A stretch of DNA of 64,000 bases from Verrucomicrobiota bacterium (GTDB lineage: Bacteria; Verrucomicrobiota; Verrucomicrobiia; Limisphaerales; UBA11358). The notes under the pieces are model-generated. The model saw nothing but the letters and a program-made list of their open reading frames with translations. It had not been told where the DNA came from and ran no database searches. A program made the translations under genes and the position numbers. Where the stretch lies: positions 36,744 to 100,743 of the forward strand of contig JAGWMQ010000001.1 of assembly GCA_028873125.1 (NCBI GenBank), read 5' to 3'. Shown in pieces: positions 18,876 through 28,782 of the stretch; the stretch's first letter is position 1; each line of letters opens with the position of its first letter.

Positions 18876-20528
18876 CTATTTCCGCAAAACGGTGTCGCGC
18901 TGTGCCCACTCGGGGCGGGCGTCGGGATAATCCAGATTGTAGTGCAGCCCGCGACTTTCGGGACGCTGCTGGGCGCAGCGAACAATCACCTCCGCCACCG
19001 TGGCGATGTTGCGCAATTCCAGCAGGTCGGCCGTCACGATGAAATTCCAGTAGTATTCCTGGATTTCCTCCTGCAGGTTGGCGATGCGCTTGGCCGCGCG
19101 CGCCAGGCGCTTGTTGGTCCGCACGATGCCCACGTAGTCCCACATGCAGCGGCGGATTTCGTCCCAGTTGTGCGAGACCACGACCAGTTCGTCGACGTTG
19201 GCCGCCTGCCCCGGCTGCCACAGGGGAATCGTCGCCTCGATCTTCGGCTCGGGATGGGAAAGAATCGTTCCGGCGGCGCGATGGGCGCACACCAACGCCT
19301 CCAACAGCGAATTGCTGGCCAGCCGGTTCGCGCCGTGCAGGCCCGTGCAGGCCACTTCGCCCACCGCAAAGAGCCCGGCGACGTCCGTCTGGCCGTCCAC
19401 GGTCGTCACCACGCCGCCGCACTGGTAATGCGCCGCAGGCACAATGGGAACCGGCTCCTTGGTGATGTCCAGGCCGTAACGCAGGCAGGTTTGATAAATG
19501 TTCGGAAAGCGGTCCATGATGAAGCGCGCCGGTTTGTGCGTGATGTCCAGCCACACGTGCTCAGCGCCGCTCCGTTTCATCTCGCTGTCAATCGCCCGCG
19601 CCACCACGTCGCGCGGCGCGAGCGATTTCAGGGGATGATACGCGTCCATGAACTCGCGGCCTTCAATGGTTTTGAGCACGCCGCCCTCGCCGCGGACCGC
19701 CTCGCTGATGAGGAAGGATTTCGCCCGCGGATGATACAGACAGGTCGGATGAAACTGGACGAACTCCATGTTGGCCAGGGTCGCCCCCGCGCGATACGCC
19801 ATGGCCACGCCGTCGCCGGTCGCAATGTCGGGATTGGTCGTGTAGAGATAGACCTTGCCGCAGCCGCCCGTGGCCAGCAGGGTGACCGGCGCGGTGAACG
19901 CCCAGACCCGCCCGTTTTTCTTGTCGAAGACGTAAGCGCCGAGGCAGCGATTGCCGTTTTTCTGCCCGATTTTCCGGCTGGTGATCAGATCAATCGCCAG
20001 GTGGTTTTCAAAAATCTGGATGTTCGGCTGCCTGGAAATCGCGTTGAGCAGCGCGCGCTCGATCTCCCGCCCGGTCACGTCCTTGGCGTGCAGGATGCGC
20101 CGCTTCGAATGGCCGCCCTCGCGCCCCAGGTCCAGTTCCCTGCCGCCGTCCCCGCCAGGGGCCTCGCGCTCGGAAAACTTCATCCCCAGTTCCATCAATT
20201 CCCGGATCCGCGCCGGGCCTTCCTCGACAATCGTGCGCACGACGGCTTCCTTGCACAGGCCCGCGCCCGCCGCGAGCGTGTCGCGCACGTGCAGATCAAA
20301 GGAGTCTTCCTTGCTGGTCACCGAGGCGATGCCGCCCTGGGCGTAGTTCGTGTTGGATTCGGCGCGGTCCTTTTTGGTGACGATGGCCACGCGCCCGCGC
20401 GGCGCGGCCTTGAGCGCGAAGGAAAGCCCGGCGATGCCGCTGCCCAGAACGAGAAAATCAAATGGTTTCACCAGACGGAAAATAAACGCAAAGGCCCAAA
20501 GGCGCGAAGAAATAATCGGTATTGTCAA
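18876..20528 (-). CDS. nadB: L-aspartate oxidase
   Basis: FAD fold [27 protein letters not shown] and [12 protein letters not shown]. The start is uncertain: TTG at 20528, or GTG at 20471 ([12 protein letters not shown]), which gives a more typical N-terminus. Confidence 0.92.
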   Translation of the reverse strand: MTIPIISSRLWAFAFIFRLVKPFDFLVLGSGIAGLSFALKAAPRGRVAIVTKKDRAESNTNYAQGGIASVTSKEDSFDLHVRDTLAAGAGLCKEAVVRTIVEEGPARIRELMELGMKFSEREAPGGDGGRELDLGREGGHSKRRILHAKDVTGREIERALLNAISRQPNIQIFENHLAIDLITSRKIGQKNGNRCLGAYVFDKKNGRVWAFTAPVTLLATGGCGKVYLYTTNPDIATGDGVAMAYRAGATLANMEFVQFHPTCLYHPRAKSFLISEAVRGEGGVLKTIEGREFMDAYHPLKSLAPRDVVARAIDSEMKRSGAEHVWLDITHKPARFIMDRFPNIYQTCLRYGLDITKEPVPIVPAAHYQCGGVVTTVDGQTDVAGLFAVGEVACTGLHGANRLASNSLLEALVCAHRAAGTILSHPEPKIEATIPLWQPGQAANVDELVVVSHNWDEIRRCMWDYVGIVRTNKRLARAAKRIANLQEEIQEYYWNFIVTADLLELRNIATVAEVIVRCAQQRPESRGLHYNLDYPDARPEWAQRDTVLRK

Positions 20529-20556
20529 ACCGGCGAGACGGTGTTACCAATAGGGG

Positions 20557-20814
20557 ATGCAAACATTGACGTTGAAAGTTCCCGACGACCTGGCGGAACG
20601 GCTGGACCGCCGGGCGCGTGACTTGAACCGCTCCAAATCCGAAATTGTCCGGCAGGCGCTGGCGGCGCAGCTCAATGGCGGAGGGAATTTTGAAAGCCTC
20701 CTCGACCGGGCCGGTGATTTGGTCGGCAAATATGCGGGCAGCAAACATTCGAGCGATAAACGCAATCTCAAGACCCTCGGGCTTAAAGGCCTCGGACGAT
20801 GGAAACGGTCCTGA
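20557..20814 (+). CDS. Ribbon-helix-helix (CopG-like) antitoxin
   Basis: MQTLTLKVPDDLAERLDRRARDLNRSKSEIVRQAL is an RHH motif. The gene overlaps the downstream PIN gene by 16 nt. Confidence 0.75.
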   Translation: MQTLTLKVPDDLAERLDRRARDLNRSKSEIVRQALAAQLNGGGNFESLLDRAGDLVGKYAGSKHSSDKRNLKTLGLKGLGRWKRS

Positions 20815-21215
20815 CCGATGCCTGCCCGCTCGTGGCTCTTCTCAACCATCGCGACGTATATCACGATTGGGCGCGCGAGCAATTCAAACACTTTTCAAGT
20901 CCGCTGCTCACGTGCGAAGGCGCAATTACCGAAGCGGCTCACATGCTTTACTTCGATGGCCTGCCGCCGTGGGGTGTCTTGGAATTGTTCAAACGAAAAA
21001 TCATTGTGGTTCACTTTGAACTCGAATCCCGCCTCGACCGCGTCCTCTGGCTGATGAAAAAACACGCCGACACGCCCATGGATTTCGTGGACGCCTGCCT
21101 GGTGGCGATGACCGAGGAAAAGCGCGATTGCAAATTGCTGACGCTGGACTCCGATTTCCGGATTTATCGCCGCTTTGAGCGGCAAACGATCCCGCTGATC
21201 GCGCCGGGCAGATAA
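20799..21215 (+). CDS. vapC: PIN-domain toxin (VapC-like)
   Basis: VLTDACPLVALL (first acidic residue), CEGAITEA, DFVDACLV and LLTLDSDF fit the four PIN acidic positions. Confidence 0.8.
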   Translation: METVLTDACPLVALLNHRDVYHDWAREQFKHFSSPLLTCEGAITEAAHMLYFDGLPPWGVLELFKRKIIVVHFELESRLDRVLWLMKKHADTPMDFVDACLVAMTEEKRDCKLLTLDSDFRIYRRFERQTIPLIAPGR

Positions 21216-22091
21216 TCAAATCCGCGCATTGTCAATCAACCGGGTTTTGCCGATGAACACGGCCAGCGCCATGCGCGTGCCCGCAGTCACCCTGGCAACG
21301 GGGTCGAGCGTGTCCGGCTCGAAAAATTCCACGTGATCCAGCCGCGCGTCCGGCTCCTGCCCGATGAACCGTTTCAAATTCGCCTTCAATTTTACAGCCG
21401 GAATCATCCCGGCTTCCTTGACGGTGTCCTGCGCCCTTCGAATCGCCCGCCAAAGCACCGTCGCCTGCCGCCGCAAATCGCCGGAGAGATAACGGTTGCG
21501 CGAACTCATCGCCAGCCCGTCCGGCTCCCGCACCGTGGGCGCGACGACGATCTTTGCCGGAAAATTCAGGTCGCGCGCCATGCGTCTGACGATGGCGGCC
21601 TGCTGAAAATCCTTGGCGCCGAAAACCGCCGCGTCCGGCGGCACGATGTTGAACAGCTTGGCCACCACCGTCGTCACCCCGCGGAAATGCGCCGGCCGCG
21701 ACGCGCCTTCCATCGTCCGCGACAGCTTTTCCTCGGCTACCAACGTGCTGAATTCCGCGCCGGGCGGGCGCGGATACATTTCGGCGTCGCCGGGCGCGAA
21801 GGCGGCGTCCACGCCCTCGGCGCGGCACAACTTCAAGTCGCGCTTCAAGTCGCGCGGATAGGTTGAAAAATCCTCCCGCAGCCCGAACTGCGTAGGATTG
21901 ACGTAAATGCTCACGACCACCTTGCCGCGCGGTCCGGCAATCTTCCGCGCGCGGCGGACGAGGCTCAAATGGCCTTCATGCAGCCAACCCATGGTTGGCA
22001 CGAGCACGATGCGCTGGCCGGCGCGGCGCCACTTCTGGGCGAGCCGTTGCATGGCGGCGACGGAAGCGACAATTCTCACGCCTTGAACCAT
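21216..22091 (-). CDS. panC: Pantoate--beta-alanine ligase
   Basis: VPTMGWLHEGHLSLV, YVNPTQF and FGAKDFQQ motifs. ATG 22091 is preferred over the TTG at 22115. Confidence 0.92.
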   Translation of the reverse strand: MVQGVRIVASVAAMQRLAQKWRRAGQRIVLVPTMGWLHEGHLSLVRRARKIAGPRGKVVVSIYVNPTQFGLREDFSTYPRDLKRDLKLCRAEGVDAAFAPGDAEMYPRPPGAEFSTLVAEEKLSRTMEGASRPAHFRGVTTVVAKLFNIVPPDAAVFGAKDFQQAAIVRRMARDLNFPAKIVVAPTVREPDGLAMSSRNRYLSGDLRRQATVLWRAIRRAQDTVKEAGMIPAVKLKANLKRFIGQEPDARLDHVEFFEPDTLDPVARVTAGTRMALAVFIGKTRLIDNARI

Positions 22092-22217
22092 GAAGCAGTC
22101 GAGACGGGCAATCAATTCAATTGTCGGCGGGCAACCCGGCGACGCCAGGCGCGGGTCCCGGGCAAACTCCGCCGCGCTGCGGCGGCTGGAAGGGAGGAAC
22201 GAGGGCGTGCTGCTCTT

Positions 22218-22263
22218 TAGAATTATTCCAATTATTGACAGCCGGTGGCGCGGTGGCTATGTT
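22218..22263 (+). promoter_or_regulatory. Sigma-70-like promoter with an AT-rich direct repeat (possible Fur-type operator)
   Basis: TTGACA 22235-22240, 17-nt spacer, TATGTT 22258-22263. AATTATT occurs twice (22221-22227 and 22230-22236), overlapping the -35. The ATG of the Fur-family gene follows only ~10 nt after the -10. Confidence 0.4.
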
Positions 22264-22272
22264 TCGAATATT

Positions 22273-22734
22273 ATGCAATGCGACCGGGAAAAGCCGGGCG
22301 GCGATCTGACCAACCGCCTGACGACCGGCGGTTTTCGCTTCACGCCGCAACGGCAGCACGTCTATGACGTGCTCCTGCGGAAGCGCGATCATCCGACGGC
22401 GGACGAGGTCTTCATCCGCGCCAAGCGGACGATGGCCGACATTTCCATGGCCACGGTTTATAATTGCCTGGACGCGCTGGTCCAGTGCGGCCTGGTCCGA
22501 CAGGTCACGCTCGACCGCGGCGCCACGCGGTTTTGTCTGAACATGCGCGAGCACGGCCATTTTTATTGCGACGAATGCGGCACGATTACGGACGTGGATT
22601 TGCCGGCCAAGGCGCCGGCCGCCGTCCCGCTGCCCAGAGGTTTTCTGGCGAGGCGGTTTGAAATCGCCATCCACGGCGTCTGCCCGGATTGCGCGAAGAG
22701 GAAGAAACGCCGCTTCGCCGCGGCCACAAATTAG
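22273..22734 (+). CDS. Fur-family metalloregulator
   Basis: [32 protein letters not shown] and the C-terminal HGVCPDC are typical of Fur/Zur/PerR proteins. It lies 23 nt upstream of sufB. Confidence 0.85.
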   Translation: MQCDREKPGGDLTNRLTTGGFRFTPQRQHVYDVLLRKRDHPTADEVFIRAKRTMADISMATVYNCLDALVQCGLVRQVTLDRGATRFCLNMREHGHFYCDECGTITDVDLPAKAPAAVPLPRGFLARRFEIAIHGVCPDCAKRKKRRFAAATN

Positions 22735-22757
22735 CTCTCAACCGATTCAACGAATCT

Positions 22758-24206
22758 ATGCCCACCGCAACCGACACCATCGAGAATCTGGTCAAACAGG
22801 AATACAAGTACGGTTTCTACACCGACGTGGAGACCGAGTCGGCCCCCCCGGGCTTGAGCGAGGACATCATCCGGTTGATTTCGACCAAGAAACAGGAACC
22901 CGGCTGGCTGACCGACTGGCGCCTCAAGGCTTATCGCCACTGGCTGACCATGACCGAGCCGGCGTGGCAGAAGGTCCATCACGGCCAAATCAATTACCAG
23001 GACATCACTTATTACAGCGCGCCCAAGCAGAAGAGCGGCGGCCCGAAGGGCCTCGACGAGGTGGACCCGAAGCTGCTGGAGACTTACGAGAAGCTGGGCA
23101 TTCCCTTGAAGGAACGCGAGCGGCTCGCCGGCGTGGCGGTGGACGCGGTGTTTGATTCCGTCTCGGTGGGCACGACGTTCCAAAAGCAACTGGCGGAAAA
23201 GGGGATCATTTTCTGCTCGATGAGCGAGGCGGTGCAAAAGCATCCGGATCTGGTGAAAAAATATCTGGGCATGGTCGTGCCCTACACCGACAATTTCTTC
23301 GCCGCGCTGAACTCGGCGGTCTTCACCGACGGCTCGTTTTGCTACATCCCCAGGGGCGTGCGCTGTCCGATGGAGCTTTCGACCTATTTCCGCATCAACG
23401 CCGCCAAGTCCGGCCAGTTCGAACGCACGCTCATCATTGCCGATGACGGCGCCCAGGTGAGCTACCTGGAAGGCTGCACCGCGCCCATGCGCGACGAAAA
23501 CCAGTTGCACGCCGCGGTGGTGGAACTGATCGCCCTCGACAACGCGCAGATCAAGTATTCCACGGTGCAGAACTGGTATCCGGGCGACGAGCAGGGCCGC
23601 GGCGGCATTTACAATTTCGTCACCAAGCGCGGCCTCTGCAAGGGCCGCAACTCAAAGATTTGCTGGACACAGGTCGAGACCGGCTCGGCCATCACCTGGA
23701 AGTATCCGAGCTGCGTCCTGCTGGGCGACAATTCCAAGGGCGAGTTTTATTCCGTCGCCGTCGTCAACAATTTCCAGCAGGCCGACACCGGCACGAAGAT
23801 GACGCACATCGGCCGGAACACCCGCAGCACCATCGTGTCCAAGGGCATCTCCGCCGGGCGCGGCCAGAACAGTTACCGCGGCCTGGTGAAGATCCAGAAG
23901 AGCGCGGCCAACGCCCGCAACTTCTCGCAATGCGACTCGATGCTCATCGGCGACAAATGCGGCGCGCACACGTTCCCCTACATCGAGGTGAAGAACACCT
24001 CCTCCTCCGTCGAGCACGAGGCGACCACCTCGAAGATCGGCGAGGACCAGATTTTTTACTGCAACCAGCGCGGCCTTTCGACGCAGGACGCCGTCAACAT
24101 GATCGTCAACGGCTTTTGCAAGGAGGTCTTCAAGGAGCTGCCGATGGAATTTGCCGTCGAAGCGCAGAAACTTTTGGGCGTGAGTCTGGAAGGAAGTGTC
24201 GGTTAA
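22758..24206 (+). CDS. sufB: Fe-S cluster assembly protein SufB
   Basis: Strong SufB-like sequence throughout ([38 protein letters not shown]). Confidence 0.95.
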   Translation: MPTATDTIENLVKQEYKYGFYTDVETESAPPGLSEDIIRLISTKKQEPGWLTDWRLKAYRHWLTMTEPAWQKVHHGQINYQDITYYSAPKQKSGGPKGLDEVDPKLLETYEKLGIPLKERERLAGVAVDAVFDSVSVGTTFQKQLAEKGIIFCSMSEAVQKHPDLVKKYLGMVVPYTDNFFAALNSAVFTDGSFCYIPRGVRCPMELSTYFRINAAKSGQFERTLIIADDGAQVSYLEGCTAPMRDENQLHAAVVELIALDNAQIKYSTVQNWYPGDEQGRGGIYNFVTKRGLCKGRNSKICWTQVETGSAITWKYPSCVLLGDNSKGEFYSVAVVNNFQQADTGTKMTHIGRNTRSTIVSKGISAGRGQNSYRGLVKIQKSAANARNFSQCDSMLIGDKCGAHTFPYIEVKNTSSSVEHEATTSKIGEDQIFYCNQRGLSTQDAVNMIVNGFCKEVFKELPMEFAVEAQKLLGVSLEGSVG

Positions 24207-24272
24207 GACACGAATTTCCGCGAATTCACACGAATTCAATTTTCATCGGTGAAAATTCGTGTAATTCGTGTC
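24207..24272. repeat. AATTCGYG-family palindromic element between sufB and sufC
   Basis: gacacgaatttccgcgaattcacacgaattcaattttcatcggtgaaaattcgtgtaattcgtgtc. The CACGAATT units on the left pair with the AATTCGTG units on the right. Confidence 0.85.
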
Positions 24273-24286
24273 AAAAAATTTAAACC

Positions 24287-25057
24287 ATGAGCAAACCAAT
24301 TCTTGAAATCAAAAACCTCTCGGCGGGCGTCGAGGACAAACAAATCCTCAAGGGCGTCAGCCTCACCGTCGGCGCGGGCGAAGTCCACGCCGTCATGGGA
24401 CCGAACGGCTCGGGCAAGAGCACGCTGGCCGCGGTGCTGGCCGGGCGCGCCGGTTACGACGTGACCGGCGGCGAGGTCCATTACAACGGCCACGACCTGC
24501 TGGACCTCGCCCCGGAAGAACGGGCGCGCGAAGGCCTGTTCCTCGCCTTTCAGTATCCGGTGGAGATTCCCGGGGTGAACAGCACCTATTTTCTCAAGGC
24601 CGCGCTCAATGAAATCCGCAAGGCCCAGGGCCAGCCGGAACTGGACGCCATGGAGTTTCTGCAACTGGTCCGGGACAAGATCAAGTTGCTCGACCTCAAC
24701 GAGGATTTGCTCAAACGCTCGGTCAACGAGGGCTTTTCCGGCGGCGAAAAGAAGCGCGCCGAAATTTTCCAGATGGCCGTGCTGGAGCCGAAGCTGGCGA
24801 TCCTGGACGAAACGGATTCCGGCCTGGACATTGACGCGCTCAAGGTCGTTTCCAGCGGCGTCAACAAGCTGAAGCGCGCCGACAACGCGCAACTGGTCAT
24901 CACGCATTACCAGCGCCTGCTGAACTACATCATTCCGGACTTCGTTCACGTCTTGGTGGACGGCCGCATCGTCCGCACCGGCGGCAAGGAATTGGCGCTG
25001 GAACTCGAGGAAAAGGGCTACGACTGGATTCTGAAGGCCGAGGCGGTCGCGGCCTGA
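24287..25057 (+). CDS. sufC: Fe-S cluster assembly ATPase SufC
   Basis: Walker A GPNGSGKSTL, signature FSGGEKKR, Walker B LAILDETDSGLD. Confidence 0.95.
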   Translation: MSKPILEIKNLSAGVEDKQILKGVSLTVGAGEVHAVMGPNGSGKSTLAAVLAGRAGYDVTGGEVHYNGHDLLDLAPEERAREGLFLAFQYPVEIPGVNSTYFLKAALNEIRKAQGQPELDAMEFLQLVRDKIKLLDLNEDLLKRSVNEGFSGGEKKRAEIFQMAVLEPKLAILDETDSGLDIDALKVVSSGVNKLKRADNAQLVITHYQRLLNYIIPDFVHVLVDGRIVRTGGKELALELEEKGYDWILKAEAVAA

Positions 25058-25314
25058 GGGCATGGCCGGCTTCACGGACGGGCTGCAGGGCAACTCACCA
25101 TCGCCTCCACCGCGCTTTCCACGCTGATGCCGGCCATCCAGCGGCAGTCCATCCGTCATCTTCGGCAATTTGATTGCGAGTCCGAACGATGACGTTCGCC
25201 GGGAAAACCATCGTCGTCGTCACGCTGCTGGCCAATCAGATTCGGCAGATCGTCTGCCGGGCCGATTCCTCGCAACCCGGGTCCTTCGTGAATTGGCGCT
25301 GGCTTCCCGCTGCA

Positions 25315-25348
25315 CTTTGGACTTTAGACTTTGGACTTTGGACTCTAG
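25315..25348. repeat. Heptamer repeat array (TTTGGAC-type), ending 11 nt before the murJ ATG
   Basis: ctttgga ctttaga ctttgga ctttgga ctctag, the reverse complement of the GTCCAAA units seen in uvrC. Confidence 0.8.
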
Positions 25349-25358
25349 CCTCCGCGCG

Positions 25359-26939
25359 ATGTCGCAAATGCTCAAATCCTCCGGCGCCATGGCCGGGGCC
25401 ACCCTGGCCAGCCGGATGTTTGGTCTGGTTCGCGAAATCGTCTATGCGCGTTTCATGGGGGTGGGCTGGGTCACGGACGCCTTCATGTTTGCCTTCACCA
25501 TCCCCAACCTTTTCCGAAGGTTGCTGGGCGAAGGCGCCCTCACGGCGGCGTTCATCCCCATCTTCAAGGAAAAGGAAAAAATACACGGCGAAGTCGCGAT
25601 GTGGCGCGCGGCCAACGCCGTGATTTCGGGCCTGGTCGTGGCCGCGGCGGTCATCATCGCGCTGGTCCTGGCGGGCATTTCCATCGCCCTGGCCGCGCAT
25701 CCCTTCGCCGCCAAGACGGAGCTCATGTTGCGGCTGCTGCGCGTGATGTTTCCCTACATGCTGCTGGTCTGTCTGGCGGCGGCGTTCATGGGCATGCTCA
25801 ATGCGCGCGGCCATTTCTTCATCCCGGCGATGGGCGCCACAACGCTCAACGTGGTGATGATCGCCTCCGTGCTCTGGCTGGCGCCGCGGTTGGGACTCCA
25901 ATTCCCCAGGGAGGAACGGTTGCCGCACCAGATCTTCGCGCTGGCCGTCGGCGTGCTGGCGGCGGGCGTGGCGCAGGCGGCCTTTCAACTGCCGTCCCTG
26001 TGGGGCGAAGGGTTCCGCTACCGCTGGGTTTCACCCTGGGGCGACGAGACGGTGCGGCGCGTGGTTACCAAGATGGTGCCCGGGGCGATCGGCGTGGCGG
26101 CCTTTCAAATCAACGTGCTGCTGGTCCAGTTCCTGGCCTTCTGGGTCGGAACCGGCATCCTGTCCTCGTTCACCTACGCCGTGCGGCTGATGGAATTTCC
26201 GCAGGGCATGTTCGGCATTTCGCTGGCGACGTATCTGCTGCCCACGCTCTCCGGGCTGGCGGCGGAAAAAAAGTATCCCGCATTCCGGGCCACCCTGCGG
26301 CACGGGCTGGGGACGCTGATTTTCCTGAACTGGATCGCCGCCGTGCTGCTGGTGGTGCTGGCCGTGCCGATTGTCCGCCTGCTGTTTGAACACGGCAAAT
26401 TCACCGCGTTGGCCACCGAGCAGGCCGCCTTCGCGCTGATGTGCCTGGCGCCGGGATTGGTGGCCTATTCGTCGGTCAACATCATGGCGCGCGCGTTCTA
26501 TGCCCTCGGCGACGTGCAAACGCCCATGAAAGTCAGCGTGGTCTGCCTGGTGCTTAATTTCCTGCTGGCCGCCCTGCTGATCGTGCCCCTCCAGCAAGGC
26601 GGCCTCGGTCTGGCAAACACGGCCACGTCCGCGGGCAATGTGGCCCTGCTGCTGTTCGCGCTGCGCAAAAAGCTGGCCCGGCTCGAAATGGAGCCGCTGC
26701 GCCGGACGCTCCTGCCGCTCGCGCTGGCCGGTGTTTCGGCCGGATGGGTGGCCTGGCTCGGCTGGCGGTATTGGGATCGGCACCTCGGCCACGGCACGCT
26801 CGCGCTGAAAATCGGCGCCGTGTTTGCGCCGGCGATCCTGGCCGGGGCCGTTTATGGAACCTTGGCGCTGGCGTTCAAAGTTCCGGCGGCCAGGGAGATG
26901 GCGGATCTGTTCCTGGCCAGGACCCGGCGGTCGGGTTGA
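25359..26939 (+). CDS. murJ: Lipid II flippase MurJ (MviN)
   Basis: SRMFGLVREIVYARFMG, DAFMFAFTIPNLFRRLLGEGALTAAFIP and a multi-TM body are MurJ hallmarks. The start is at ATG 25359. Confidence 0.9.
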   Translation: MSQMLKSSGAMAGATLASRMFGLVREIVYARFMGVGWVTDAFMFAFTIPNLFRRLLGEGALTAAFIPIFKEKEKIHGEVAMWRAANAVISGLVVAAAVIIALVLAGISIALAAHPFAAKTELMLRLLRVMFPYMLLVCLAAAFMGMLNARGHFFIPAMGATTLNVVMIASVLWLAPRLGLQFPREERLPHQIFALAVGVLAAGVAQAAFQLPSLWGEGFRYRWVSPWGDETVRRVVTKMVPGAIGVAAFQINVLLVQFLAFWVGTGILSSFTYAVRLMEFPQGMFGISLATYLLPTLSGLAAEKKYPAFRATLRHGLGTLIFLNWIAAVLLVVLAVPIVRLLFEHGKFTALATEQAAFALMCLAPGLVAYSSVNIMARAFYALGDVQTPMKVSVVCLVLNFLLAALLIVPLQQGGLGLANTATSAGNVALLLFALRKKLARLEMEPLRRTLLPLALAGVSAGWVAWLGWRYWDRHLGHGTLALKIGAVFAPAILAGAVYGTLALAFKVPAAREMADLFLARTRRSG

Positions 26940-27039
26940 CGCCCGCCGAAAGGCAAGGTCTCCCTGTCTCCGGCGTCTGCGTGCGACGGGGGCAAATCGG
27001 AATCAGAAAGTTGGCTTTGGCTTGGCGCCGTGTTAAATT

Positions 27040-27252
27040 ATGGGCGTGAGCTTCTTCAAGCCCAACCTTGACCATTATGGACGCCGGGCGCGGGGTGTCC
27101 TGGGTGCGCTCTGTCTCATCGCCGGAATCATCGTGGCCGGCGACTACTCCTTGTGGGGCTTGATTTTGGTGGGGGCCGGGCTTTTCGCCATATTTGAATC
27201 CATGCGCGGCTGGTGCCTCCTGCGCGCCTGCGGCTTCAAAACCAAAATCTGA
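27040..27252 (+). CDS. DUF2892 (YgaP-like) small membrane protein
   Basis: 70 aa with two TM segments and C-terminal MRGWCLLRACGFKT, typical of DUF2892. Confidence 0.65.
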   Translation: MGVSFFKPNLDHYGRRARGVLGALCLIAGIIVAGDYSLWGLILVGAGLFAIFESMRGWCLLRACGFKTKI

Positions 27253-27285
27253 CCGTTCACCCGGCGCCGCTCCCGCTTTTCCGCT

Positions 27286-28395
27286 TCAGCCCGATTGCGG
27301 CTCGACGACGATTTTCAACGAATCGTCCGCCGGCCGCGCCGCCAGCGCAATGGCCGCCGGCGCCTGTTCCAGCGGAAACCGGTGGGTGATCAAATGCCGC
27401 GCATTGAGTCGGCGGGAAAAAACCAGGCGTGCCGCCTCGGCCTGCAGGGTGAGGTCCGCCGAATAACTGCCCAGCAAATCCTTTTCCTCCATGCAGATGG
27501 CCGCCGGGTCAATGCCCAGGGTCCCGCCGTGCCGGGTGTGGGCGAACAACAAAACCTGTCCGCCGCCCCGCACGGCCCGGAGCGCCTGCCGCGTCGCTTC
27601 GTCGGAAGGAACAGCGATAATTGCCGCGTCCAACGTCCCTGGCCCAAAGCCCAATCTCCCCCCTGCGCCGCGTCGTTCCCCAAACTTGGGATTTGGCACT
27701 TCGAGCTTGGAACTTGGAACCAACTTCGTCCATTCCGCGCCCCATCGTCTGGCCAGCCGCAGACGCGACGCCAGCAAATCCGTCGCCAGGACCCGCGCGC
27801 CCCTTAATTTGAGCAGCCGCGTGAACATCAGACCAATCGGCCCCTGCCCCGCCACCAGCACGCGGTCGCCTCGCAAAAGGTTCAGGCGATGAATCGCCTT
27901 CAAGACGGTGTTGACCGGTTCGAGCAGCGCGCCCTCCTCAAAGGAATTCTTCGCCGGAATCTTCACCAGGCCCGGCAATGCGAAGTCCATCACCCGGACG
28001 TACTCGGCAAAGCCGCCGCCGGCCGGCTCGAATCCCGCCGTGATGCCCGTGCGCCGGTACTGCGGACACTGGGCGAAAGCGCGGTGCCGGCAAAAATGGC
28101 ACTGCAAACACGGCACGTGATGATGCAACGCCACCCGGTCGCCCGCTTTGAACCCCAACTTCGAACTTCCAACTCCCAGCTTCACAATTGTCCCGGCCGT
28201 TTCGTGCCCGAAAATGCGCGGTGGCGCCGGCGCGCCCGACTGGATTTTTTTGATGTCCGTCGGGCAGACACCGCACACGGCCACCCGGACCAGCAATTCG
28301 TTGGGGCCGATCCGCGGCACGGGCACCGACTCGACGCGCACGTCATTGACGCCGCGATACACCGCCGCCCGCATCGTTTTGGGAATGGCAAGCAC
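27286..28395 (-). CDS. Zinc-dependent medium-chain dehydrogenase/reductase, carrying repeat-derived in-frame segments
   Basis: VCGVCPTDIKK, GHETAGTIV, GDRVALHHHVPCLQCHFCR (structural Zn Cys cluster) and VAGQGPIGL (Rossmann fold). The segments LVPSSKLEVPNPKFGE and GVGSSKLG are encoded by heptamer-repeat DNA. Confidence 0.85.
   Translation of the reverse strand: MLAIPKTMRAAVYRGVNDVRVESVPVPRIGPNELLVRVAVCGVCPTDIKKIQSGAPAPPRIFGHETAGTIVKLGVGSSKLGFKAGDRVALHHHVPCLQCHFCRHRAFAQCPQYRRTGITAGFEPAGGGFAEYVRVMDFALPGLVKIPAKNSFEEGALLEPVNTVLKAIHRLNLLRGDRVLVAGQGPIGLMFTRLLKLRGARVLATDLLASRLRLARRWGAEWTKLVPSSKLEVPNPKFGERRGAGGRLGFGPGTLDAAIIAVPSDEATRQALRAVRGGGQVLLFAHTRHGGTLGIDPAAICMEEKDLLGSYSADLTLQAEAARLVFSRRLNARHLITHRFPLEQAPAAIALAARPADDSLKIVVEPQSG
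27682..27728. repeat. Heptamer repeat copy inside the dehydrogenase CDS
   Basis: aaacttgggatttggcacttcgagcttggaacttggaaccaacttcg, translated on the minus strand as VPSSKLEVPNPKF. Confidence 0.75.
28153..28183. repeat. Heptamer repeat copy inside the dehydrogenase CDS
   Basis: ccccaacttcgaacttccaactcccagcttc. It shares an identical 20-mer aacttccaactcccagcttc (28164-28183) with uvrC positions 45432-45451. Confidence 0.75.
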
Positions 28396-28491
28396 CGGAA
28401 GAGCTTAACCACGGAAGGCCCGGAACTCACGAACTCTTTCCAATGCCGGCGGGAAAATTCCCCGCGTTGACGCCCGGCGATTGGCCATTTT

Positions 28492-28522
28492 AAAATTCGT
28501 GCCCATTCGTGAAATTCGTGTC
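28492..28522. repeat. AATTCGYG-family repeat copy
   Basis: aaaattcgtgcccattcgtgaaattcgtgtc. Confidence 0.7.
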
Positions 28523-28662
28523 TGAAGACCGGCTGGACACCCATTCCACCAATTTTCACCAACCGGACTCGAAATTTTTCACTTTTTCATCACCTCCTCG
28601 CCCGGCGGCGGCTCAATTCGGGCCTCGCTGAAGTTGCAATGCGCTGATTTACAGACATTTGA

Positions 28663-28691
28663 GATTCGTCCCAATTCGTGCAATTCGCGTC
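28663..28691. repeat. AATTCGYG-family repeat copy
   Basis: gattcgtcccaattcgtgcaattcgcgtc. Confidence 0.7.
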
Positions 28692-28722
28692 TAAAAAACG
28701 TTCAAAATTTTTCAAAAAAGTG

Positions 28723-28751
28723 TTGACAGCCCTCTGGACTTTTGGGATATT
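28723..28751 (+). promoter_or_regulatory. Sigma-70-like promoter upstream of the secreted-protein gene
   Basis: TTGACA 28723-28728, 17-nt spacer, GATATT 28746-28751, about 30 nt before ATG 28783, in an AT-rich stretch. Confidence 0.4.
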
Positions 28752-28782
28752 GGGCGCACACACGGTAACATAAACAACGAAT

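Noticed and set aside
18942-20621. 559-aa plus-strand ORF opposite nadB. Similar antisense ORFs: 24236..25168, 47949..49232, 48187..50157, 52358..54682, 59242..60894, 60913..61923.
   Set aside because: All lie antisense to genes with clear family signatures and have the composition expected of non-coding frames in GC-rich DNA.
25058-25358. Search for a sufD or sufS remnant after sufC
   Set aside because: None of the six frames shows SufD- or SufS-like motifs. The region contains only repeat units and short ORFs.
28182-28562. 126-aa minus-strand ORF spanning the dehydrogenase start and the upstream repeats
   Set aside because: Its N-terminal part (FRHEFHEWARI) is a translation of AATTCGYG repeat units, and the rest overlaps the dehydrogenase 5' end out of frame.
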